Below are positions 1 through 10,327 of a stretch of 42,687 bases of DNA, piece after piece; position 1 is the stretch's first letter; each line of letters starts with the position of its first letter. The stretch comes from an uncultured Clostridium sp. GTDB lineage: Bacteria; Bacillota; Clostridia; TANB77; CAG-508. The notes under the pieces were generated by a model that searched no databases, had not been told where the DNA came from, and saw nothing but the letters and a program-made list of their open reading frames with translations. The translations under genes and the position numbers were made by a program. The stretch spans positions 18,768 to 61,454 of the forward strand of contig CAZUHD010000001.1 of NCBI GenBank assembly GCA_964620415.1. Direction: 5' to 3'.

Positions 1-10
1 TTTTTTCCAT
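1..10 (-). CDS. 5' end of a gene running off the window (MEK...)
   Basis: ATG at 10..8 preceded by purine-rich GGGGAAG RBS-like sequence on the minus strand. Confidence 0.45.
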
Positions 11-158
11 AATTAAACTTCCCCTAATTTCTGTTCAAATTATATAGCTCAAATGGTTATTTGTCAAGGATTTATAAGTAACGTAGTAAATGAATTTTCT
101 TATCCTTTTTCTATTCATTTTTTTGCCTTTTATTGATTTTTAATAGGTTTTTGCCATA

Positions 159-208
159 AAAAGCACAATAACAGGATATTTATTATATTACCCTGTTATT
201 GTGTTTTT
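159..208 (-). terminator. Intrinsic terminator-like hairpin after the MBL hydrolase gene
   Basis: CACAATAACAGG / CCTGTTATTGTG inverted repeat flanked by A/T runs. Confidence 0.65.
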
Positions 209-836
209 ATAGCAATATTTTACAAACAATATTATTATCTAATAATTTTTTAAATCCCTCTTCATCCTTTTTCGTACCTACAATAGCATTATAATGTACT
301 GGTATTACAGTTTTAGGTTTGATTATATTTACAAGCTCTGCGGCTTCTTTATAATTCATTGTATAAGTACCACCAATTGGTATAAATGCTATATCACATT
401 TAACTTTCTTGTTTTCATCAGTTATGTCTGTATCTCCTGCTATATAATATATTTTATCATTTATATTTATTATATATCCAACCCATTCATATTCTTTTTG
501 GTGAAATTGTTTATTTGTATTATATGCAGGAATTGTATCAAATGAAATATTTTCATCTATTTCATAAGATTTATTTGGATTTACTACAGTTATATTAGTT
601 TCCTCAAAACCTAAATCTAAAGTTTTTTGATATAAATCCTTAGTTACAAAAATTAATGTGCTATTGTTTTTAACTTTTAATATATCTTCTTCTGAAAAAT
701 GATCAAAATGACTATGTGTAATAAGTATTATATCAGCATCATTCACACTATCTTTAATCTTATATGGATCAATATAAATTATTTTTGTATTGTTTATTTT
801 TATACTGCTATGATAATTAACAGTTACTTCTTCCAT
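207..836 (-). CDS. MBL-fold metallo-hydrolase
   Basis: IDPY, THSHFDHF (HxHxDH), YIAGDT and IPVHY motifs. Confidence 0.9.
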   Translation of the reverse strand: MEEVTVNYHSSIKINNTKIIYIDPYKIKDSVNDADIILITHSHFDHFSEEDILKVKNNSTLIFVTKDLYQKTLDLGFEETNITVVNPNKSYEIDENISFDTIPAYNTNKQFHQKEYEWVGYIININDKIYYIAGDTDITDENKKVKCDIAFIPIGGTYTMNYKEAAELVNIIKPKTVIPVHYNAIVGTKKDEEGFKKLLDNNIVCKILL

Positions 837-911
837 AATTTATCTCCTTTCTCACTTTTTTATTTATAACATATATTTTTAATTTTCTCAATACCTATAA
901 TAGAAAAAATT

Positions 912-967
912 AAATAAAGTACATTTAGGTATTATAATCATTTAATACACATAAATGTACTTTATTT
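912..967 (-). terminator. Hairpin downstream of spoVM
   Basis: AAATAAAGTACATTTA / TAAATGTACTTTATTT 16-bp inverted repeat. Confidence 0.6.
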
Positions 968-969
968 TC

Positions 970-1044
970 TTAGTCTTTTATTCCAAATAAGATTTTAACT
1001 ATTCCCCTTAGAGCTTTGGGGACTTTTTTTACAACTATTGTCAT
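970..1044 (-). CDS. spoVM: SpoVM-family small sporulation peptide (24 aa), absent from the ORF track
   Basis: MTIVVKKSPKALRGIVKILFGIKD with the conserved Pro and amphipathic helix; strong RBS AAGGGAGGT. Confidence 0.8.
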   Translation of the reverse strand: MTIVVKKVPKALRGIVKILFGIKD

Positions 1045-1060
1045 TTTATGTACCTCCCTT

Positions 1061-1210
1061 TTAACAAGCTAACCAGGCAAAGCCCATTGCAATTAATGCT
1101 AAACCTATTAGAATTAACCATCCTGTTGTTGGAAGTAATAATACTAGCAATATTCCCAGACCTAATCCTATAAAACATACAGCAAGTGTTTTTTTCAAAA
1201 AGCCTTTCAT
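1061..1210 (-). CDS. Small two-TM membrane protein (49 aa), absent from the ORF track
   Basis: MKGFLKKTLAVCFIGLGLGILLVLLLPTTGWLILIGLALIAMGFAWLAC; RBS GGAGAGG; directly upstream of spoVM. Confidence 0.75.
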   Translation of the reverse strand: MKGFLKKTLAVCFIGLGLGILLVLLLPTTGWLILIGLALIAMGFAWLAC

Positions 1211-1332
1211 AAATTCCTCTCCTTTACTTCCAATCTCTTTTTAATATAGTATATGTATTTTGTAGTTTTTTGTTACCTTTTGACAAATTGGATTAATATA
1301 TATATAATTAGTTTATGAAAGGAACAAATTAT

Positions 1333-1963
1333 ATGACAAAAACTAAAGTAAAAGAATTAATAAATATATTAAAAAAAACATATCCAGATGCAAAATGTAG
1401 CTTGGATTTTACAAACGCATTTGAGATGGTAGTAGCAGTTTCTCTTTCTGCTCAATGTACAGATGAAAGAGTAAATAAAATATCACCTTTACTTTTTAAA
1501 AGATGTAAAAAGATTGAAGATTATGCTAATATAGATATAACTGAACTTGAAAACATAATACGTCCATGTGGATTTTATAAAAATAAAGCAGCAAATATAA
1601 AAAAATGCGCTAACCAAATTTTAGAAGATTTTAATGGTGAAGTTCCAAAAGATATGGAAAGTTTAATGTCACTTGCTGGAGTTGGTAGAAAAAGTGCAAA
1701 TGTTATTATGTTAGAAGCTTTTGGAATAGCTAAACGGAATAGCTGTAGATACTCACTGTAAGCGTATATCTAACAGACTAGGATTGTCTTCTGAAAAAAA
1801 GCCTAGTAAAATAGAAAAAGATTTATTAAAACAAATAGATCCAAAAGACTACAAAGATGTAAATCATTTATTTATTTGGCATGGAAGGAATATTTGTAAA
1901 TCTCAAAAACCATTATGTGAAAAATGCCCTATAAGTTATCTATGTGAATATTACAAAAAATAA
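1333..1963 (+). CDS. nth: Endonuclease III, with a +1 frameshift at CGG 1735-1737 (about 209 aa joined)
   Basis: LSAQCTDERVN and HhH motif LAGVGRKSANV in frame 0; GIAVDTHCKRISNRLG and the 4-Cys FeS motif (CKSQKPLCEKCPISYLC) in the +1 frame. Confidence 0.93.
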
Positions 1964-2025
1964 AAAAATATTTGCATAATTTACTCTTCTCTACAAATAA
2001 TAACAAATAAATGGAGGTTTATAAA

Positions 2026-2148
2026 ATGATATTCTGCACAGAAAATTGTAAATATCAAAAAAATGGAGAATGTACCTATGAAGAAATAAGTGTATCAGAT
2101 TTAAATTCATCACCAAAATCAAATTGCATATATTATGAGCAAGAATAG
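2026..2148 (+). CDS. Small Cys-rich protein (40 aa, DUF1540-like), absent from the ORF track
   Basis: MIFCTENCKYQKNGECTYEEISVSDLNSSPKSNCIYYEQE; RBS GGAGG. Confidence 0.7.
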   Translation: MIFCTENCKYQKNGECTYEEISVSDLNSSPKSNCIYYEQE

Positions 2149-2149
2149 T

Positions 2150-2735
2150 TTATTCTTGCTCATTTTCATCTTTTTCTTCATCTTCTTTTTCTAATTTAAT
2201 TTCAATTTTCTTTTCAACATTTCCTGAATCATCATCTTGATTTTCTTCTTTATTTTCATTTTTTTCATGTTTTTCACATCTTTTTTTCATAGTGTTTACA
2301 ATTTTTTCACCTAAATCTTTTTTATTTTCTATACATTTATCCATAGTTACATTTGCTTTTTCTATTATATCTGGTACATAATCTAAAATTTTATCAATAG
2401 TACTTGTATGTTTTACAGGTAAAAGTTTTACTAAATTAGGCTGTACAACTAAAAAAGCTGTAGGATTAATAGAAACTCCGAGCTCCTGCACCTCCTCCAA
2501 ATGGAAGCCTGTATTGTATTTGTTCATCTTCATCTTGTTTACTATATTCGTCTATTGTTTCTCCTTTAAACTCACTACCCCCTGCTGCAAATCCAAAAGA
2601 CACTTTAGAAATAGGAATAATAACAGTATTATTAGATGCCTCTATAGGATCACCTATAATTGTATTTACATCTACCATGTCTTTTATACTATTCATTGCA
2701 GTAGTCATAAGTCCTTCAATTGGATGTTCTGACAT
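2150..2735 (-). CDS. ytfJ: Sporulation/germination protein YtfJ (GerW), with a +1 frameshift at CGG 2480-2478 (about 194 aa joined)
   Basis: HPIEGLM..DMVDVNTIIGDP..PISKVSFGFAAGGSEF..PFGGGAGA continues in +1 as GVSINPTAFLVV. Confidence 0.9.
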
Positions 2736-2868
2736 ATATCTTTCCTCCCTTTCTTTTATCTTTAATATGTACTAAAATTGGGAGAAATATACATTGTTTT
2801 TATATCCATTTTCGTCTACTAAAGAAACTTAATAAAAAAGTTGTGCTTTCTCCCAAGTAAATTTTAAA

Positions 2869-3519
2869 TTATTGAGCATTTTTAGTTCTGTTTTTCAAAT
2901 TGATAGTTCTGTTCTTAGGAATTGATTTTTTATCTATTTTTTTCCTCTTTTTATTAAATATTTCTTTTCTTAGTAATAAGTCTTTTAGTTTTATTCCAAT
3001 AATTGCATCAACATTTATTTTTAAACTATTACGTCCATATATTGGCAGTATTTTCCAATATATTTTGCTCTCTTTTTCTACAAAATTTCTTAATATAACT
3101 GCTATAGCGGTAGAAGCTATACCTACTGTTATAGCATTCAATGCTGCATCTTCTAATCCTATTTGTACTTTTAAATTTAATTTCTTAATTTTAAAATATT
3201 TTGTTAATTTAAAAATTCCAATGTCTAAACTTTTTCTATTTTTTTTAAAATTTTCTTTTAATTTATTTACATTTAAAACTTTTTTTATATTCTTTTTCTT
3301 ATTATTTTTTTTAAAATTCAATTTCAAATAAGTTAATTTATCAAAAAGCTTTAATTTTAGATTTATATTATAATCCTTATTAAATTTTTCATTTTTAATA
3401 TTATCACTAAAGTATTTTATATTTTGTATATGTATTTCTATCGTTGAAAATAAAGTAAGACAAATGATCAAAAATAAAATTACTAAAATTATATATAAAA
3501 AAACCAATATCATCACCAC
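2869..3519 (-). CDS. YtfI-like DUF2953 membrane-anchored protein
   Basis: N-terminal TM, IGLEDAALNAI motif, position upstream of ytfJ. Confidence 0.75.
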   Translation of the reverse strand: MVMILVFLYIILVILFLIICLTLFSTIEIHIQNIKYFSDNIKNEKFNKDYNINLKLKLFDKLTYLKLNFKKNNKKKNIKKVLNVNKLKENFKKNRKSLDIGIFKLTKYFKIKKLNLKVQIGLEDAALNAITVGIASTAIAVILRNFVEKESKIYWKILPIYGRNSLKINVDAIIGIKLKDLLLRKEIFNKKRKKIDKKSIPKNRTINLKNRTKNAQ

Positions 3520-3538
3520 ATTATAGTTGTTTTAATAT

Positions 3539-3567
3539 TAGTTTTTCCAATTTTTTGAAATTAATAC
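3539..3567 (-). promoter_or_regulatory. Possible forespore sigma-F-type promoter for ytfI-ytfJ
   Basis: GTATT-N14-GGAAAAACTA resembles the sigF consensus; AT-rich context lowers certainty. Confidence 0.35.
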
Positions 3568-3571
3568 AAAA

Positions 3572-3917
3572 AAAGTAAACCTATAAGCCGGGTTCTGTCA
3601 TTTAAATCAGTCATTTATCTAGGCTATATATTGCTATATAGCTCAAGCCACACAAGTTTGGACCACCGAGCAGGTGTTATATATCCATTTTAGGTGTTGC
3701 TCCAAATGGGGTTTACACTGACCCATTATGTCACCATAATGGCGGTGAGCTCTTACCTCGCCTTTTCACCCTTACCATTAAAAATGGCGGTTATTTTCTG
3801 TTGCACTTTCCTTAAGGTTACCCTCACTAGACGTTATCTAGCATCTTTGCTCTATGGAGCCCGGACTTTCCTCTCGCAAATCCTTTCGGATTTTGCCAGC
3901 GACTAATCAGTTTACTC
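3572..3917 (-). ncRNA. rnpB: RNase P RNA
   Basis: Minus strand carries GAGGAAAGTCCGGGCTC, GAAAGTGCAACAGAAA and ACAGAACCCGGCTTA; P1 pairing GAGTAAAC / GTTTACTT. Confidence 0.97.
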
Positions 3918-3988
3918 TAGTTAAAAATTATAGCATAAAATCTCCATAAAGTCTAGTTTTTATGCAGGAACAAATAGAATTTTTCATG

Positions 3989-4858
3989 CTATAAATTATT
4001 TATAATTTCTTCTATAGTTTTGTCCTCTAAAATAATATCTCCTATTTCAGGATGTATTCCATCTTTATTATGGAAATCAGAGCCAGCTGTCACAAATAAA
4101 TTATTTTCCTTTGCAAAATTATTCCATTTTTCACTTTCATCTATTTTGTTATTATTTCTATCTACATATATATAATTAGCTTCTATCCCATCAGGCTTCA
4201 TATCATTTACTATGTCTAAAATATCTTTATCTGTAAGTTTATCTTCATGTACATAAGCTATAGGATGAGCAAGCACCACTTTGCCATTAGCTTTTCTTAT
4301 TATATTTGCTGCATCAATCGGAGTTACGGTATTTTTTCTCACAAAAGCAGGACAATTTTCATTCATAATTGTTTCTATAAATTCACCCTTATTTGGAATA
4401 GATTTAAAGTTTTTTATCAATAATTCTTTATTTTTTTCATTATTTATAATATCTAATGCAATATGAGCTTTAGTAACAGATTCAATTTTATCTAAAGTAT
4501 CTGTGTTCACATAATATCCTAATTGATTTAATTTATTAGCTACTTTATATAAATACTCATGTCTTGAATTTCTTATTTTATATAATTCTTGTTTAAAATT
4601 AATATCATTTAAATCAAAATTATATCCTAAAACATGTATCCCAATCTTATTATTTGTAGTTGATATTTCTACACCATTAATAAGTTTTATATCTTTGCTT
4701 TTTGCATAATCAAATAGCTCATAATTATAAGCATCTATTGTATCATGATCTGTAATTGCAATAACAGAAACTCCATTTTTATAGGCTTCATCTATAACTT
4801 GTTTTGGAGTTAATTTACCATCTGACATTGTAGTATGTATATGTAAATCAATTTTCAT
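3989..4858 (-). CDS. PHP-domain metal-dependent phosphoesterase (TrpH/YciV-like)
   Basis: DLHIHT..SDG, AITDHDT, GVEIST, LAHP and GSDFH motifs. Confidence 0.92.
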   Translation of the reverse strand: MKIDLHIHTTMSDGKLTPKQVIDEAYKNGVSVIAITDHDTIDAYNYELFDYAKSKDIKLINGVEISTTNNKIGIHVLGYNFDLNDINFKQELYKIRNSRHEYLYKVANKLNQLGYYVNTDTLDKIESVTKAHIALDIINNEKNKELLIKNFKSIPNKGEFIETIMNENCPAFVRKNTVTPIDAANIIRKANGKVVLAHPIAYVHEDKLTDKDILDIVNDMKPDGIEANYIYVDRNNNKIDESEKWNNFAKENNLFVTAGSDFHNKDGIHPEIGDIILEDKTIEEIINNL

Positions 4859-4876
4859 ATTCTATTCCATCCTTTT

Positions 4877-5896
4877 TTATAATTCTAGTTCACCATCTTC
4901 ACCTTGAGCTATATTTCCTTTACAATTTATCAATCTCCATTTTTTCATTTTTTCTAAAAATAAATTTTCTAATTCTTTTGTTTGCAATCTTCTAAAAACA
5001 GATGGAGTTGCAGCTTCCATAAGAATTGAAAATAATTCCTCAGGTTTATAAGTTTTTGCAACTTCTAGTCTACTTTTGTCTACATTTTCTTGTAATTCTT
5101 TTGGAAAATTAAATGGTGTAAAAGAAAAAAGGAAATCAAAAACAAAATTATATGCTTCATCATCATATTGCCACATTTTTCTATATGATTTTGGATGAAT
5201 TGGTAAATATGGTACCATTTTATTTTTTCTTGCATCTTTTATTGTTAGTGGTATTTGTTCTATTAATTGTAATAAATTTGAATATTCTATAATATGTGCA
5301 TCAATTGGTAAGAATATATCAGGCGTTTGTCCATTTTTTATCATAGCCGAAATTTGTATAACATCATCAAATGAAGTAATTGGATTTACATCAGTTGTAT
5401 GAATATGCTGCATTTCAAGTAAGCTTCCTAGCAATTCTTGTGCTCTTTCTAAAGTTCCATCTTCGCATACAAGCCACATATCAAGATCTGGTAATCTATT
5501 TATAATTTTTCTAGGCTTTAATTTATCTAACATATTAGGACATGGTTTACAAACTTTTTTTAAATCTGGCATTTCGGAATAATTTTTCTTTAAGCAAGAC
5601 TCACATAGCCATATTGATTTTTGGACTGGTATTCCATCTTTAACTAATTTTCTATTATATCTTATTTGTTCCTCTATAATAGGTAACTTTCCTTCTAAAT
5701 TCTCATCTAAAGCGTAAAATGGATAACCTGTTCCAAATGAACCTCTACTTATATCTATTTTACTTGCAATTATATTAAAAGCTTCTATATTCCAGATTAA
5801 ATATTTTCTTTTTAGTTCAGTATTAGTTTTTTCAAAATCAGTTGAAGCTCTTTCAATTTTTGCAGTTAATTCTCCAATTGTCTCATTTTCTTTCAT
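4877..5896 (-). CDS. Hypothetical protein, possibly a divergent nucleotidyltransferase with a Cys4 insert
   Basis: 339-aa ORF; RGSFG, PDLDMWLV and PIDAHI motifs; CESC..CKPC. Confidence 0.55.
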   Translation of the reverse strand: MKENETIGELTAKIERASTDFEKTNTELKRKYLIWNIEAFNIIASKIDISRGSFGTGYPFYALDENLEGKLPIIEEQIRYNRKLVKDGIPVQKSIWLCESCLKKNYSEMPDLKKVCKPCPNMLDKLKPRKIINRLPDLDMWLVCEDGTLERAQELLGSLLEMQHIHTTDVNPITSFDDVIQISAMIKNGQTPDIFLPIDAHIIEYSNLLQLIEQIPLTIKDARKNKMVPYLPIHPKSYRKMWQYDDEAYNFVFDFLFSFTPFNFPKELQENVDKSRLEVAKTYKPEELFSILMEAATPSVFRRLQTKELENLFLEKMKKWRLINCKGNIAQGEDGELEL

Positions 5897-6025
5897 AAGT
5901 TTTTCCCTGCCTCATTTAATAATTTTTTATTATAATTTTTAAACATAACTATTTGTATTTTACCATATTTTTTTATAAAAATCAAAAAAATGCAGTAAAC
6001 TTCAGCTGAAATCCCTGCATTTATT

Positions 6026-6482
6026 TTATCTTCTTAAAAATATTTTTTTAAAAAATGCTTTTATTTTATCAAATATAGTTTCTTTTTTAACTATAATAGG
6101 CAAACTTTTACCTTCTCCGAATACTAACACTATTTGTATTCTTATCTTTAAATAGGTTTTCCGTATTATATTTTTCTTGCATTGCTTTTTTGTATAATTC
6201 ATCATTACTTTTCCAAATATTAATGAGTTCTTTCTTTTCTTCTTCTGTAGCAATATATTTATAATATAAAATAGATATTATATCTTTTGCTTCATTAGAT
6301 ATTTGCTGACTTGCAAGTTTTTTATCTATATCTATTTTTACCTCTAAGCTTGAATTAGTCGCTAATTCTTTAAATTTGCTAATTACATCTTCTGGAATTT
6401 TAGAAGTAAACTTAGAATCCAAATACTTTAATAGTTCAATAATTTCTTTTGCTACATCACACATCTCTACTTGAGTTATCAT
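6026..6482 (-). CDS. Hypothetical protein with a +1 frameshift at CGG 6119-6117 (about 151 aa joined)
   Basis: Two overlapping ORFs join at ATT-C-GGA-GAA to give ..SVSI-GEGKSLPIIVKKETIFDKIKAFFKKIF. Confidence 0.7.
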
Positions 6483-7521
6483 TTCCTTCTTCCCCTTTGT
6501 CTTTTGAAAATTTTTGTATCAATTTTCTAAATGCTTCTTTCACCTTATCTATAGTTCTTTTTATATTGCTAATTTTTCTTCCCTTTGGTCCTTCTTCTTT
6601 TACAGTCTCTTTTATTTCTTCCATACTAAATATTGGCATATCAGAATCCATAGGAACTTTTTCTATAAAACTTAATAGTGTCTCACACATTTTATCCTTT
6701 GGTACGTCGAATACTCCAGTTGCTGTTGTTTCACTGATTTTATTTACTCCTGGTAATTTTTTAATCATTTCTATATTACATAACTTAGGTATAAAATACT
6801 TAATTATAGTATCTTCACCTATTTCATCTATATCAATAGTTAATGCATGTCCTCTATCTCTAACCATCATCAGGATTTTATTTTCCTTTGAAATTATATC
6901 AGTAGTTCCAACATCCATTTCCATAGGAAATTTTTTAAACAAAGTCCTAGAAAGCTCGGTTTCTTCTCCATACCAATTTATTGGATATTTCATATTATTT
7001 ATTTTTGAGTCAATTAAAGGCATTGATTGCATTATTTGCTCATTATTTATTATATAAGAATGGAAAATATGTAGTAATTCATTTACACTACTAGCCTGTT
7101 TTATAAACTCTGTTAATTTAGCTGTATCTAAAGATGTATATCCAACAAAAGTATCTTTAATTTCTTCAACTAAATCTTCATTCATATTAGAAAAGTTATC
7201 TTTATATAAATTAGTTCCTACTCCACTATCATATTTAGATATTAAAAACTTTTTTTGGAGTTCACTAAATTTTTCTTTTAAAGCATTCTGGGTTTCATCT
7301 CCAAAGCCCATGTCTTTGCTTATTTGTAAAAATTGGATTTCAAAACCCTTTAATTCATCTAATAATTTATCTGTATATTTCATTCTACTTTCTTCGCTAT
7401 AATCGTCTGGGCTTTCAGGTGCAATTCTAATAAGTGTTTCTTTCATTTTTGAATCTGCTTTAAAAAATCTTTTTAAATTTTCATATTTTTGTTTTTTGTC
7501 TATATCTTCCATTTTTTCCAC
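6457..7521 (-). CDS. Hypothetical protein
   Basis: 354-aa ORF overlapping the next start; no motif recognised. Confidence 0.75.
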   Translation of the reverse strand: MEKMEDIDKKQKYENLKRFFKADSKMKETLIRIAPESPDDYSEESRMKYTDKLLDELKGFEIQFLQISKDMGFGDETQNALKEKFSELQKKFLISKYDSGVGTNLYKDNFSNMNEDLVEEIKDTFVGYTSLDTAKLTEFIKQASSVNELLHIFHSYIINNEQIMQSMPLIDSKINNMKYPINWYGEETELSRTLFKKFPMEMDVGTTDIISKENKILMMVRDRGHALTIDIDEIGEDTIIKYFIPKLCNIEMIKKLPGVNKISETTATGVFDVPKDKMCETLLSFIEKVPMDSDMPIFSMEEIKETVKEEGPKGRKISNIKRTIDKVKEAFRKLIQKFSKDKGEEGNDNSSRDV

Positions 7522-7564
7522 CTTTATATCATTAATTAAACTTTTTATTTATATATCATTTTTA

Positions 7565-7606
7565 TGTAACCTATTTATTTTTCTATAGAAAACAAATAGG
7601 TTACAT
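7565..7606 (-). terminator. Terminator after mgtA
   Basis: ATGTAACCTATTT / AAATAGGTTACAT inverted repeat. Confidence 0.65.
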
Positions 7607-7623
7607 TTATCATTTTGTCTATA

Positions 7624-10230
7624 TTAAATCCATTCACCATATTTTTTAATATATATTTTCTTAGCAAAAGATGCTACAACACAATAAATTAGTGAAATTA
7701 CAAATAACATAACAATAATACTAGCTCCAATAGGTACAAGATTTATGGCTTTACCCAAAACAGTATATGGTATTAGAATTGATACTATAATAATTAAAAT
7801 AGACGAAAAATATACTGGTTTACTTGCTTTGCTATTTTTAATTGGATTTTTAGCTGTTCTAATTACAAACATTCCAAGTAAGTTAGATATAATGCTATAA
7901 GTAAACCAAATACTTTGGAACATAGCTGCTTCTCTAATGTTTAAAGCAAACCAAACATAAGCAAATACTATAATGTCAAAACATGAACTCAATGGTCCCA
8001 TGAAAAACATGAACTTTTTTAAGCTTTTAATACTAAATCTTTTAGGTTTTCGTATGGCTTCTTTATCTACATTATCAAAAGGTAATGTCATTTGTCCAAA
8101 ATCATATAACAAGCCTTCCACTAATAATTGAATTGGTGTTTCTGGTAAAAATGGTAAAAGTACACTTGCAATCATTACAGAAAGCACCTCTCCAAAGTTA
8201 AAACTTGTAGCCATTTTTATATATTTCATCAAATTAACAAAGGTTTTTCTTCCTTCTGTTACTCCATCTAATAATACATTTAAATCTTTTTCTAATAAAA
8301 TTATATCAGCAGATTCTTTGGCAATGTCAACTGCTGTATCGACAGAAACTCCGACATCAGAATTCATAAGAGAAGGACTATCATTAATACCATCTCCCAT
8401 ATAGCCAACAGTATTTCCCATTTCTTTTAAAATACGTACTATTCTTGCTTTTTGTATAGGAGAAAGTTTTGCAAAAATATTAGTTGATTTTAAATGTCTT
8501 TTAAGTGCAATATCAGATAATCTGTCAACTTGACTTCCTACAACAATTCTTTCTGAATTTATACCTACTTTATTACATATACATCTTGTAATCTCTACAT
8601 TATCTCCTGTTAAAACAATAACACGAATACCAGCTTTGTTAAGACGTTCAATAGATTCTTTTGCACTCTCTTTAGGTGGATCTAAAAATCCTATAAATCC
8701 CATTAATACCATATTACATTCATTTGATACATCAAAGCTTTCAATATTTGCAATGTCATTTTTTTGACAAACTGCTACAACTCTTAATCCATCTTCATTT
8801 AATTTTTTACTAATATCTAGTATATTTCTTTTTATTTCTTTTGTTATAGGACTAACTTCACCTTTATAATCCACTAATGTACAAATATCTAAAATTTCTT
8901 CCACTGCACCCTTAGTAATCATTTGTTTTTTATTTCCATCATCTAAAACAACAGATAAACGCCTACGTGTAAAGTCAAAAGGAATTTCATCTATTTTTTT
9001 ATATACTGTTTTCAAATCTCCAAGTCCATTTTCTTCTCCTCTTGCAATAACTGCTTCATCAATATTTCCTCTTAGCCCAGTTTGGAAATAAGAATTTAAA
9101 AACGCATGTTTCAAAATACGTATATCTTCTTCACCTTTTATATCTAAATATTTTTCAAGGACAATTTTATCTTGAGTAAGAGTTCCTGTTTTATCAGTAC
9201 AAAGGATATTCATTGCTCCAAAGTTTTCAATAGAATCAAGCTTTTTTACAATAGTTTTCTTCTTTGACATTTTAATAGCACCTTTTGATAAACTTGAAGA
9301 TAAAATTACTGGTAATAATAAAGGTGTAATACATATAGCTATTGCAACTGCGAATGTAAAAGCAATTATTGCATCATGTTTCCACGCATTTAGTATAAAT
9401 ACAATTGGAATAATTATAAGCATAAAATGTATTAATAATTTACTTATCTTTTCAATACTCTCTTGAAAAGCTGATTTTGGTTTTCCTTGAGAAAGTGTAT
9501 GAGCAACCTTTCCAAAGTAAGTATCATCTGCTGTTTTAATAACTACACCCTTTGCACTTCCTGATGTAACATTAGTTCCCATAAAACATATTGTATCTAA
9601 GTCTGCAATATTATCTATTTCTTTTATTGAAAAATTTGATTCACTTGTCTTTTTTACGGTGTCTGATTCTCCAGTTAAAGCAGATTGCCCTACATATAAG
9701 TCTTTAGATTCAATAATTCTTAAATCTGCTGGTATCATACTACCTGCTGAAAGTAATACAATATCACCTAAGCAAACTTGTTTTATAGGTATCTGCATTT
9801 CTTTTCCATCTCTTATTACTGTAGCAGTTGTTGCAACTAATTCTTTTAACTTTTCCGCAGCCTTATTAGAGCGGTATTCTTCAACAAAGTCTAGCAATGT
9901 ACTTGCTGTTACTAATATTGCTATTACTATAATATTTGCATAACTTGGTACTTCCGCCAAATATACATCTGTATAAAACAAAATAAAAACAATTCCAAGT
10001 AAAATACAATTGAAAGGTGAAAAAAGACTTTCGCGAAAATAATGATACCATTTTTTAGGTTTAGCTTGTGTTATTTCATTATTTCCATATTTTTGTAAAT
10101 TTATTTGAGCTTCCTTAGAACTGAGTCCTTTTTCTGATATATTATAAGTTTTAATAAATTCATCTTTAGTTAATATACATTGTTTGCCATATAATTCGGC
10201 TACATCAATCTCGTCTTTAGCATTAGACAT
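7624..10230 (-). CDS. mgtA: Magnesium-translocating P-type ATPase
   Basis: LTGES, CTDKTGTLT, PFDFTRRR, GDGIND, and the MgtA-type KYIKM..S.NFG and LLYD..Q..LP.D.VD motifs. Confidence 0.92.
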   Translation of the reverse strand: MSNAKDEIDVAELYGKQCILTKDEFIKTYNISEKGLSSKEAQINLQKYGNNEITQAKPKKWYHYFRESLFSPFNCILLGIVFILFYTDVYLAEVPSYANIIVIAILVTASTLLDFVEEYRSNKAAEKLKELVATTATVIRDGKEMQIPIKQVCLGDIVLLSAGSMIPADLRIIESKDLYVGQSALTGESDTVKKTSESNFSIKEIDNIADLDTICFMGTNVTSGSAKGVVIKTADDTYFGKVAHTLSQGKPKSAFQESIEKISKLLIHFMLIIIPIVFILNAWKHDAIIAFTFAVAIAICITPLLLPVILSSSLSKGAIKMSKKKTIVKKLDSIENFGAMNILCTDKTGTLTQDKIVLEKYLDIKGEEDIRILKHAFLNSYFQTGLRGNIDEAVIARGEENGLGDLKTVYKKIDEIPFDFTRRRLSVVLDDGNKKQMITKGAVEEILDICTLVDYKGEVSPITKEIKRNILDISKKLNEDGLRVVAVCQKNDIANIESFDVSNECNMVLMGFIGFLDPPKESAKESIERLNKAGIRVIVLTGDNVEITRCICNKVGINSERIVVGSQVDRLSDIALKRHLKSTNIFAKLSPIQKARIVRILKEMGNTVGYMGDGINDSPSLMNSDVGVSVDTAVDIAKESADIILLEKDLNVLLDGVTEGRKTFVNLMKYIKMATSFNFGEVLSVMIASVLLPFLPETPIQLLVEGLLYDFGQMTLPFDNVDKEAIRKPKRFSIKSLKKFMFFMGPLSSCFDIIVFAYVWFALNIREAAMFQSIWFTYSIISNLLGMFVIRTAKNPIKNSKASKPVYFSSILIIIVSILIPYTVLGKAINLVPIGASIIVMLFVISLIYCVVASFAKKIYIKKYGEWI

Positions 10231-10327
10231 AAATAATCATCTCCATTTAATTTATTTATATATTATTATACCTCTATTTTAAAAAAGTAAAAGACATAAA
10301 TCTATTTTTCCAATATATTTTTGTATA

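Noticed and set aside
3694-3906. 70-aa plus-strand ORF
   Set aside because: It is antisense to the RNase P RNA and spurious
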